DNA of 64,000 bases. Source: Lingula anatina (Eukaryota > Animalia > Brachiopoda). The DNA lies in NCBI GenBank assembly GCA_051362555.1, contig CM120641.1, positions 20,832,001 to 20,896,000 on the forward strand. Direction: 5' to 3'. This document shows, piece by piece, positions 41,643-54,000 of this stretch; the stretch's first letter is position 1; the number at the start of each line of letters is the position of its first letter. Below the pieces are notes generated by a model, which saw nothing but the letters and a program-made list of their open reading frames with translations, ran no database searches and was not told where the DNA came from. The position numbers and the translations under genes are program-made.

Positions 41643-44600
41643 ATGATGCAGTGTTGAATGTGACAGAAGAAAAATATGCCATCGATTTGAAGCATATGGA
41701 CATCATCTAGGTTTGCTCCCATGGGGTAGCAGCCCTGGGAATGGCTATTTATATGAGTTATAATGAAGTGATTGGTGTCCTCACGCATTGGTCATGTTTT
41801 AGATAATCATCTTAAAAGGAAAAGAAATGTACTTTACTTTCATATGGATCAACTTTGAAAATGCCTGGACTTCATTCGGCCAGGACTCTGGGCTGTCACC
41901 GGGTGGACAAGATGGTTAAAAATCAGGAATTGATTGAAGCCGAATGAGATTATTTACCGACATTCTTTTTCATCTCTGATAAAATATCACTGTTACTGAC
42001 CACTGAATACATTTATTTGATGGGCAAAAGGGAAGGATTTCTTTTAAACCTGAGCAGATTAACTCTGTAGTTGTTATGTGGCCTGTCTTATCAACAGATA
42101 TGCATACACTTTTATTCCTACATGGCATATATAATCAGCCTGCAACGTTAACACTAGTCTCAAGCCAAATGCCAGTGAATTTGAATATGTGCCAGTAAAA
42201 TAAATTTGTTCTGTTACTTGCCCCTATATCTGATTTGCCCAGCCAGTAGATTTTTAATTCATGGTGTTGTCAAGGGCCAATAAACTTTAATTTTTTGAGC
42301 ACAGACTGGGCATAATTAGTCTTATCTAGTGCTTACATATATGTAGTTTTAGCTATACCGGATAGTCTGTGTAGTAATATATATAATATAGAGGGAAGAT
42401 AGGGTAGGTTTATGTTGTTTGAATAAAATCTAATGTTTTACATTGGTGTTTTTTTTAATCTGAGCTATTTGTTGCCCATCAGACATCACTGCTACTGATT
42501 TCATTTACCCAACGCTTTTAACTTGTGACATTCAATTTCAAATGAATGAAGATAACAAACTTAATCCTCTCTATCGATCACATAGTTTTATTGCAGTCCT
42601 GGGAAGTTAATTTGTCAGGCATGAAGGCAATTCATCAGTAAATTGTCATTCAAAAATCAGCAACCATTACGAGCGTCATTGTTTAGTTGCCTTGATTTAT
42701 TGATACCCTCAGTTATTTTTCAGTGTCTTAACATAAAAATGTTTCATTACTTTTTACTTTTTTTTAATGAAGACTGGTGGATGTCTTTTTGCATGCTGCT
42801 TTTCTAAGAGCTATGAAAGGGCTATTGAAACACTGCCTACACACTTAATATTGAATGACAAGACTTATTTTCATCCATTTCAAGTTAAAAGCCTGCCGTT
42901 AACCCAGGTAAGGGTTACACTGGCAAGTACTTATCCTTGGTTTCTGTTTAACCAAGCCTCCTGCATAGATTACTTGTCTATCCCAGGATACCAGTCTATA
43001 GCCAGTGCATAACAGGCTACTCCCCAACATTTATTGTGACATGTTTTGATGCATCTCACCTAAGAGAGGAAGGAAGCAGGTGTGAAATGTCTTGCCCCAT
43101 GGCATAGTGTTTGAAGGTTTAACTGCAGCAGCAGATTAAAGAAAAAAAAAAGAGGCTTAGCATATCTCAGATGATTGTAGGAGTTTCCCATTTTCCCTCA
43201 GTCTAGTTTTCTAGGTGTGCACGTTTCTTTAAACGTGTGCAGAAACATGGATTATTAAGATATTTTTTATGCGTGTTTTCTATTTTCTAAATTGCTTAAT
43301 TATTCTAGGTGAAATATTGTATTGAAAGTCTTAACATAAAGCTTGTCATATCTTCTTTAAAGGTGTTTTAGCCAACAGAGCCAATTAAATAACTTGTGGG
43401 ATCTGTATTCCACTATAAAAAAGATATATGAAGCAACAAAAAGACACAGATAACTTATATTATAATTAATATTCTAACTAAACATAAATTGTATGTTTTC
43501 TCACTGTTGCTGTTTAAATGAGAACAAAACCTTTTGAGATATGTCCTCTAGCCAGTTAGCCTGCAGATTGCCATTTGCCAAATTTTTACTGGAAAACTGA
43601 AGAGTATAAGTACAAAATGAAGAAAACAATGTTGGAAGAAATTTTTGAAAATTAACATGAAAATTTAATTTGACATACTTTTATTTGAAATGTATAATAA
43701 GGCACAGAGAAATGCCCTCAGAACTATGCAATGTTGTGTCAGGATCTAGTGAGAGAAAAGGTAGAGCTAATTCTTATTATAATGATCGAGTTGTGGTTAG
43801 CTAATGCAGTCAGTGAAAAGTCGCTACTTTAAACTGTCCCAGGATGAAAACAAACGTATTCCTTGAAGTATTCTTTTAACATGGGTAGATTGTGTTGACA
43901 CATTTTTTCTTTACTCAGCTTACCTTAAATAGTTTCATTAATCTTTGTACAGGTATACATGACTGTGTGAATGTTTTTTCTCATTTTTGATATAATATGG
44001 TTTAAAATTGTGATAACAGACCACCTTTTTAAAAACATACTTTTAAATAAAATTGACTGATGCCCCCTCCTCCCCCCCCCCCCCCCCCCCCCCCCAAAAA
44101 AAAGAGAGTTGTGCTGCCATTTCCTGCAGGCTAAGCATGTTTGTTGTAGCAGAATAATCTACCTATCCATCCACATAACAAGGCCTGGGTTTCATGTTTT
44201 CTTTACCATTTATTCATTAGTTTAGGGTTCATTTTGTTCCTCAGTCTTTTTTTTAATTTAAATAATAATTCTTTTAAACATAATTACAGTTATTTGATTA
44301 ATTTACTTTGTACATATTGATAAGGCATTGGTATGTACACACAGGCATAATACCAAAGTGTAACAGATTTTTTAAATAGATAATCCACAACATTGATAAA
44401 TCTATAAAATTGTGAGAGTCTAAAATTTAAAGTCCCAAAAGTCAATAAAAAGTATTGGTTCACCTTAGATTCTCAGTGTATAATTCAGATAACGATGGCA
44501 GTTTGAATACCACGTAGGCAGAGTAAATCAATAGGGTGTAGTATAAATAGGCCACCAGTTCTTGCATTTAGGTGCATAAGGCCGATTTGCTTTCACCGAG

Positions 44601-47600
44601 AATGTTGTTATAATTACCTGCAAACCAGTACTGGAAATGTTGGGTATTAAGCCAGGATTTAATTGGTCTATTGATGAAATATACTGGTGTTGATGTATTT
44701 CCTAGCACAAATAGGGGCAAATGAATTATATGCCAAATTTATCCGTGCTTGGTATAGAATAAATGTTTACCAGGAATTGGACTTGAAAACCACTGTAAGA
44801 GTTGTTACAGCTCCACCTGAAGATTAAGTTCGTAACTTATAGACCTCATGACGACAGTGAACATGGTGGACTTAAAAAGTTATGTCATATTAGTGGTACA
44901 GACAAAGGATAACAAAGTAAAAGTTTATGGTAAGTGATGCATGCACTTTCAGTGTATAAATATCTTTGAAATAGATAAATTTGCCCTAAAGCCTCTGGTT
45001 TTTGCCCAAAAGCTTCTGGCTTAAGCCAAGACTGTAAAGTGATGCTTATATGTAGCAGTTGTAAAAACACTGTTAAAAACAGGGATTTGAACACCAACTA
45101 CTTGACCATGTATATATATTTAGGGGAGGAGGACTCTATCATGAGGGTTCTAATGTAAATCTTGAAGTGCATTTTGTTCAAGGAAGCAAATATCTACTTC
45201 CTTGATTTGATACACTATAGTACAGTTTCTGATTTTGATCCTTGATTCTAATTCAGGCTAATTTTGGTAGTATGGTGAACTTTATTTCCGTTGAGTGGTA
45301 AGAAGGACTATAAAAACTGTTTGCTTTACAGCAAAGAGATTGATTAGTATTGCATGGTAAACAGTTTAATTGAAAATCATGTGTAGATAATGTTTTATCA
45401 GTTCTGGGAAGAAACTGTTTTGCTCAGACATACTAACCATTCCAAGTTATGGATTAAGCAGTGTTTACATAGAGATTTGGAGAAGTACTTTCTGTGGTGT
45501 CAGAAATTGGATTACCAGCGCTTTAAATGAAAAAAAGAGAAAGAAACAGGGAATTTTGGCAAAAGTAGCTGATTAAATTCTTTTTAAGACACAAAAATTT
45601 TCTGTTAAAACAACTGTTTCTTAGAAATACTCAGGCTAACACAAATTCACTCTCTTGCGACAGTCACAAAATAAGTGGATGAGTGTTCTGGTGTACCATG
45701 CCATGTACCACGCAGCCAGCATAGTAATTCGTTTTTGCCCTACTTTAAGATATAATTGTGCATCATTAAAGTATGGTACTTAGTATGTCAACATACAACA
45801 CCAGCATAGCCAACAAAAATCATGTCGGTTCCCTTTGAAAAACCTTCATTCTCACTTGCTTATGTACATGTATATGTAGGCTTTCTGAGGGAATTATCTT
45901 CATCTGAAGTGAAGCAATTTCTGGAACTGGTGAATTTCCCTTAGGGCTTGCACAGAATGAACAGTCCTCAGGCATCATTTTTCCAGTAAAATAAGATTTT
46001 GCCATTCAACTGTGTCATTTAATTGACTTTGCACTATCATAAATAATGGTACGCTGTAAAATATCTGCATGTGAAATACCTTCTAAACATAATTATTGAT
46101 CTTACTAGTATCCTAGCTACTATTATCACCAATAGAGCATCTCTGACAGTAGTATTAATAAAACTGTCATTATTTGATTTCAAATTCTAAAATAAAATAG
46201 TTATACATTTGGTGGATTAACATATATGAAAAATAGAGGATGGTCATGTTTAGCTAGGCAAGTTTAAGTAAATATACACCGGGATGATATTTTCCCAACT
46301 ATTAGTGGATTTGCTACTTTTTGGGAACCAAAAATATAATTGGCCTAGGCGGCCTACCTGGATTCCACACCATATTTTTCTACTTTTTCTTTGAATGGCA
46401 GTCTCATATATTATATACTGTATTAAATATCTAGTAAGGGGATTTGTACCTTTATTTTCCTTACACCATGATTTTGTGCTTTTTGCATGTCATAATTATA
46501 CAGTAATTGACTGTGTTGAGCTGTGATGAGGGTGACACTTAAAACTGACTATATTATGTAACAGTTCTTATGGCAGGACCTGTTATTTAAACAGTTAAAG
46601 GCTTTTACAAGTATCCTTAAAGTAAAGGGATCCTTGTGATCAGTCCCAAGCCGGATGAAAAATATGAGGTCGTCAAAAGGATTTTTGCAGGTGCAGTTAC
46701 TTGTATCCATAGTTCCATCATGTTGGTGGCTGATGATTGATATTGACTTTGTTACCTAAAAGCAGCACCATGAATTCCAATGTTGTAACACCAACACATG
46801 TAGCTTCCAAAGACTACCTAAACCCTTGTACTTCATAACTTCATAACTGCAATGCCTTTAAATCATGGGGATTTTTTTTCTGAAAATGAAATGTGGACTG
46901 AAATTCACTCAACATTTATGTCTGAGGTGAAACAAAGAATGCAAAGATCAAGTTACAGAAAGTCAAACCTCTGGTTAAATAATAATAAAAAAATTTAAAG
47001 GATTTGGAATCAAAATGATTTTAGCTCAGATTTGTCTTACTGGGAAATTTCACCCTGTCCTATTCAATCAGGCAATTAGTGTCATTGGTAAATGAATGTG
47101 ATATTATCATTAGTAGAATGTCATAAAAGCAGTTTCGTGTCTATTAATTTTGTGCTAATTAGAATTGTTATGACAGCTATGAGTGATTTGTCAAAGGGAT
47201 CTAAATCAATGTGAATTTGAAAGGAATATCTCCAGATTGGAGGCTATTGTTTACCATGGATTGCATTTAGATGTTGCATTTAGATGTTATTATAAATTCA
47301 TTGAGTGGGCCCTCGGTTGACCGCATTAACATGGCTTGCCATGATTGCATTATATCTCATGGCCATAAGACTCATTGTTGCTTGTGGCTGATACAGGAAA
47401 CTTTTATACATGGCACTTGAATGGAAAAGATTGGATTTCTAAGAAAGGGAATAAGCATCAGTCATAGAATCAACATGTAACAATTAAGTCCAAAAACAGA
47501 TGAAACCTGTTAGCTGCTCTTTTAGATGTGATGTTCTTTTTTAAAAACATGAATATAGCTGACTTGCAAGAATAATATGAATATTATCTACATGAGGAGG

Positions 47601-49850
47601 TCACTTTTTAAACATAAAAACAAAATGAAAGACTTTTTACATTGATGTTACAGTGGCAATAAGTGAATAAATTGATGAGTAATTGGTATATATTTAACTG
47701 GATTAAAATGTATGCAAGGAATTTTCCAAACTTTTATATCAATTTTGAACAATAATACTTGTGTTTACTGTTCTATTTTAACAACATGAAGATAGCTGTA
47801 CAGTACACTGGGTTGCTTTTCAGTGATAAACAAGCCTTATTTTTATTCAAGAAGGCGCATTCACTAATATTAGCACCTTTTTGCTTTGTGGATTGAGTTT
47901 TATTCAGATAAAAACATAATAGACTTCTTAATTGAGTTCTGTGCAAATAAGTGGATTGTAAATTCACCCGATTTTCCACAAAGAAAAAATGCTCATAAAT
48001 GTCGTAAGAGCTTTCTATAAGATCAAAGAATACATTTGCTTAAGATATTGATAGTTTTATTAAGTAAGGTAATCACAGGCTATCAAACTACAAAGCTCTG
48101 TGACCTGAAGTCATACTTTATATTTCTGATGCATCCTTAGTCATTTTACATGTTGTTTTGTGGCTTCAATACATTTCAGCCTTAAGCTGTGCATTTTCTT
48201 AAAGAACACATTTCAAGCAATTTACAGAGAAAGCAGTTAATAGGCATGTCTTTTTCAGGACTATCTAATGTTGAGAAAAGTTCTTTTCCTTCACAAGAAA
48301 AAAAAAAAAGGGGAGGGGGGTGAGAGGTGGGTGGGTCAAATCCTTTGAAAAATGGGGAAATTCAATTTCCCATTTCATTGTTTTATATTTAAATACCATC
48401 TCATATTTCGCAAGTTTAGATTCAGTCTCCAGGCAAGTTACAATTTCAGCTGAAGCACTTTCCTTCTGCCAGTATACAAAACCTAATTATAGTTACCAGC
48501 ATTTTTCCATTAAAATAATATTTTTATAAATGTGGAGAAACTACAGACTTTTGACATGAACTTTACAAATGGCACACAATGCTGATGTACATGAGTGATT
48601 CCATTTTGTCTGCAAAAAGATGGTATTGTTTTCTAGGTAAGTCATTTCTTTGTATAGCCAGAATGATGTATGGCAGATGCAGCGTATCATTCAATACATT
48701 TCCGATATCAATGTGTTGAAAAATCCCTCGGCAATGTTTTTATACCACAATTTTTATACCTCATTATAGCTAGCTGTCATTTTCAAAGTGTGATATTTAC
48801 CCATGCAATGCAATACAAAGCTTTTAAATGACTCTTGAAGTTGAGAACATCTTTTTTTAAACTATTGTGGATATATACGTTGTTCAATTACATGTAGTTG
48901 CATTATATTAGATTGGCATTGATTTTGGAAGATCTCTCCATTATTTTGATACAATAAGAGAAATCAATTTTAATGTGAAAGCCGCCTACTGGCATGTGCC
49001 TGTTTCAGTTCTAAAAATCAAATATTGGGTTTCATGGCCAAAAAAATAAAAATAAGTGTGTGTATCATCTGAGTTTCAAAGAGAAATTAAAATGATTATA
49101 TGATGGATATTTCATCTAGTTACAAACTAAGTAAAATAATATAATTTGCATGAAAATAGAATTAATAACAGTAGGTAGTTATATTTGACTTAATTTCATA
49201 TATCATTTTTACACTATGTATTGACCAGTTATATTTTTGATGGAAAAGTGGTCCAAGAAACATGGTGATAGCTGCATGTGGCCTAATGATTGCTGCTATT
49301 GTAGCATCACTTAATTTTCTCGGGACATAAAGCACCTGTTTGGATTTGATTATAAAAGAACTAATGCAGTTACTGTGGAAGCATACTGAAACATTAGATC
49401 AGTGAAGGAGCATGTAACATTAAAACCGCATTATTTGTTTTAGCTAGGTCAGGAAGCTGAGATGTTAGTATGGAATGGGTCACTAAATTAACAATTACTG
49501 TAGTCCATATTATGGCGAAGCTAATGCTTAAATAGAATGTTACAAAAAATTAGTTACTGAAACACAAAAAACAGCATTATGGCAAAACATCAAAAGGTAC
49601 TGAAAAAATGGATCTCATTTCACAGGAAGGATGCTGTTTTATAGTAATGGACAATTGAAAAGAAATCAGAAGTTAGGGATCTCATTTCAAGGGAATGATC
49701 TGTTACGCATGTATATAACCGTATCACTTATTTTTTCATTATCGTGGAGATATTTGTCTATGTATTGTTTCTTTGTGCATTGAAATGAATCCATTATAGA
49801 GAATCAAATCACTTTGTATTGTCATTCAGAGTGTACATGTACATTAGACC

Positions 49851-50059
49851 CAGGCCTGTAGGCGTTGGAGGGGTGGCAGTGGGTTGGGGGGGGGGGGTTC
49901 AAATGCACATCACTTGGGCGGGAAAAAGTCTGCTCTGAATCAAAATTTGATCTAAGTTCTATGTGCCATTTCTCATGATGGATCAATCAAAGGGATAAAA
50001 ACATAGTAACAAGGTCCATTTTTCCAGTTAAAAAATTGAAGTTGCTGGCTACAGAGACC
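49851..50059. mobile_element. Degenerate CAGGCC(C/T)GTAG-type MITE
   Basis: CAGGCCTGTAG start with G-tract and a GGCTACAG... end; related to the nested element at 53242-53384. Confidence 0.45.
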
Positions 50060-50252
50060 CATGTCACCTAATGGGAATTTTTGTAAAAGGCTTCAGAATA
50101 GATGCTTATTAATTTTGGAAAGGGAATGGGTCTTTTTCTTTTATGGCCTCAATTTCCACTCAGGCAGATACTTAGGGCATGTATAGTTTTGTGGGTCTTA
50201 GAAATGGACCTTATTGTGGGTGAGTGAGAAGTGTTTTTGTTATGCTTGTATA

Positions 50253-50473
50253 AGACCCCATTTCCACAGATTTTAGATCGATCTATCCCTGTGAGGAGTA
50301 TCACTAGATTACTGTCAGCTTAGCCGGCTTACGTAAATGTCTGTCCCACCTACTAAAAGCTGTAAGGGGGTAATTAACTACCGTGCACGCTTGGCTGACA
50401 GCAATTCAGCATGAACCCCCAGGGAGTTAGGTCGATCTAGATGGATCGATCTAAATCTATGGGAATGCACTCT
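50253..50473. mobile_element. MITE family A copy
   Basis: Colinear and highly similar to 563-779 over its whole length. Confidence 0.8.
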
Positions 50474-50699
50474 CAATGTCACAATTTATAAAGTTGAAAT
50501 TCTTAAAACAACTTCAAAACAATCCAAGGGGTTTGGACCTATGATCGAAAGAAAAAAAAAAAACTGTAGATTTCAGCATTTCCTCTATCTCCAGAGTATA
50601 CCCTTCCAAAAATTTTCTCAAAAATTTTTCTTATATATTAATTTTGCTATACACAACCCCTGCATACTTTAAAATTTTCATTGCATTTTGTTTTGTCAG

Positions 50700-51046
50700 G
50701 TTCCACAACAGGTGAATCAGCTTTAAAATGTGAAGATGAAATATTTGAGATCAATGGAAAGAGGGTCAGCTTTGACACACATGGTGAAGCAATACGTCTC
50801 ATACAGCAGGTGAGAATACTAGTGTTTTGTTAGTGTTTTCACAACCAATTTGCTTAGTAGACACGAATCCTTTTTCACAAGAGCACTTTGGACAAAAAGT
50901 TTTTAGTCTGTTCTTGGACATAATAACATTATTATGTCCAGGCAATGTATTGTGACTGAAGGAGTCCACTTATTATGTCTGTTGCTGGTAATTTTGACTC
51001 AATATGTCTTGATCAGTCCTTACTCTAAATGAAATAATTAAAACCT

Positions 51047-51078
<32 letters not shown>

Positions 51079-54000
51079 GATATTGCTACTGTAGACTTAA
51101 ATTCATTGTCCTTTGATAATTTTGATATAAAGTATATAAAAAAAAGTATGGAAGTTTTTTTCTAAACGTATTTGAGTAAATCAGAACTGACTTGCATGTA
51201 GATGAATGCATACAATAACAGATCACCTGGAAAATTATTTATTATATTTCAAAATTGTACTCACAGGTACTGTAAGTATGTACAAATGAAATGAAATGCT
51301 GATCATTGTCTTACGATATTAATTTTTTCAAAAATCGTGTCTTTGTCTTGTTAATTGTAAAAAAACTGCACGGAGAAAACTCTTTGGCGCTGTCAATTGG
51401 TGAGATGCCAATGCCATTGCTTTCCTATTCGCACCTGCTGCAATCGGTGTGCTCACAATTATTGGCGATCAGAGACATCTGGTAGCAATTATTTCAATTA
51501 CTAAGACAGGTGTTTGTATTTGTGCGCAGCCTAAGGGGCCTCTGTGTGTGTGTGTGAATGTATGTGATGGCTGTGACCTGTTTCATTGTCAGCCATTTTG
51601 AATAACTGGCATAGTCCACAGTTTAATAAGTGAGAGGTGAGTCAATGCGGATATGTATGTATGCCTGAAATTAAACTTAATGCTTATTTGAAAGATGATT
51701 AAGGAGAGAAGAGCGTCTGTTTTAAGCAGTTAGCAAAAGGTGGGGTTGTGTTTGTCTGTGTGTGTGTGTGAACCAAAACTGTACGTTGAATATATATATC
51801 ATTTATATGTACTACAACAGGTGCTTGCTTTCTCTTAATAATTTTTGTAAGGAGTTTAGGCTACTTATCAAGTAATGATGGAAGTTAAATTTGGTATTTC
51901 AGAGTATCAAGAGTAAAAACATCACATTGAGGATAAGAAAAAGAATAGGACTTGTAACAGGTAAGTTTTTAGTGTCCAGAAACTAGTTTTGGAACTTGAA
52001 AGTTGAAAAAGTTTCTCTGTATTTAAACAAATTTACTTGTGCCATTGGATAGCAAGACAAACTTTTTCTCTTACTGATTCAAACTAGCTGCACTTGATAA
52101 GTTACACTGTATGTTATTATGGCAACACAGAAATGTTTGAACTGCTGGGGTTGAATTTATAAGCAAACCGCTTATATTACAGTAATTTACTCTGTGCAGA
52201 ATATTTTGTTTATTGATTAAAGACAGCCTCCAAGAATGTGGAATGGAAATGTGTTTTTGTTGCATTTTTTAAAAACTTTTTTATTTGGTAAAAGGGAATA
52301 TTTGAGAATATTTTTTTTTCTTTTCTGTCACATACACTTTTTTGAAGTTTTGATCCCACTCTACATTAATTATGCTATTTATATGAACACAACAATTTTA
52401 AAATGATGAATCGGTGTATCCAAGTTGCTTTCTGTATGCTATTGTTTATTACAAAAATTAAGATATTGGATTGCTACATACTATAAGTAATAACAACCAA
52501 CAGGAAAGTCATGTTCTTTGTATTGAAAAGTATGAAAAATGTATCTGATGTTCATTTTATTACTTTACACGGGCATGTGCCTGTAGGTATTTGGGTGATA
52601 GGAATTAATGAGCGTATTGTATTGTTGTTTAAAAAACTGTCTGCCGGCTAGTTCTCTATGTAATGTACAGTACACCAAACATTTCAAAACATGCATGTGT
52701 AGTAATGTAGCAGATTTATTTAAAAGTTTAATGTAAAAAATCTTGACACTGTAACAGTTGTTAAAAACATGAAAATTGACCTTGATACAATTACTACTTT
52801 CTTAGGTATGCAATATGCTATAAAAACTGACAATAAATAATAATATTAAAATAATATGATATATATATAATATATGTAGCAAGTCAAATGTTTGCACACT
52901 GTGTTCAGTTTTATATGGGATGCCATATTTAGGATGAAAGTGCGTCAGACAGGCAATGTATTGTGACTGAAGGAGTCCACTTAATATGTTAATTAAAGTA
53001 TAATGTGTTCCTGTTGGACTATGTACTTGTTCAAAATATGATTTCAATGATTTGTGATTTTGCACTTTCTTCTTTGTTGCACGAAGATTGTCATACATAT
53101 TAGAGAGTTTCCGGTGCATTTGGGATACGACGGCTAGATTGTTACGTATGTGCTAATGTATCCAGTAATGCGCTTCTCTCTTCGCGTTCCGGTAATGTCC
53201 CGGAATGCTGGCGCTCATTCCAATATAATAATAACAATATACGGCCCCGTAGCCATCTATTTCCAAGGGGGGGGGGGATTCTTTTTTATGAAAAAGGAGA
53301 CAAATATTACCCAAAAGTGTAATTTTTCCCGACAAAAATGGCGGTTCGTAAGAACCCCACGATCAACCCCCGACTACGTGCCTGATAAACCAAAACTAGC
53401 AGCTCCTCTCTGTTAAAAAGTCGAAATTTGCATGAACGTACACTTGAACTATTGTAAAAAAGTATATAAGTCATATAAATTAGCAAACAAAACCTTTAAT
53501 AACTATTTTCAATAATCTTCCGCACTGGCTAGATAGGAGCGCTTGTATTCCGCAGACTAGATGGGATGACGGTATATGAATGCGGTGAACGTCACAAGTG
53601 CGCACAAACCGATGACGTATTAATCTAGCCAGCGTATCTCACCGGCAACGGAAACTCTCTATTATACCAGTATTACTGGAACAATTGATAAGAAGAGGGA
53701 AAGATTGGCTCATAATCAATTTTTGATCCAGCTAATGAAGGGATAGAGACATTTACTTTAGGATTAATGGCAATTAGTTTTAATAGTAAATAAACAAACT
53801 AGCGATTCTTAGCATTCTAGTTTGATGATAAATCTTTTGGTATGGTTTGCAGCAAAACCATACACCTTGTCTCAAAGTGGCTTCTGGCCCATTTAATAAG
53901 TGCAGATAGATATCCAATTAGATGATGTTCTAATGTACCCCCCAACCCCATATTTTAGACGATAGGCTTACTCGTGACTAAATTTGTAATCTCTGCCTGT

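Noticed and set aside
42767-42907. Possible PALS1 first coding exon ending CAG|GTAAGG
   Set aside because: The phase-0 donor does not fit the phase-1 acceptor at 50700 and there is no PDZ-like sequence; unsupported without transcripts.
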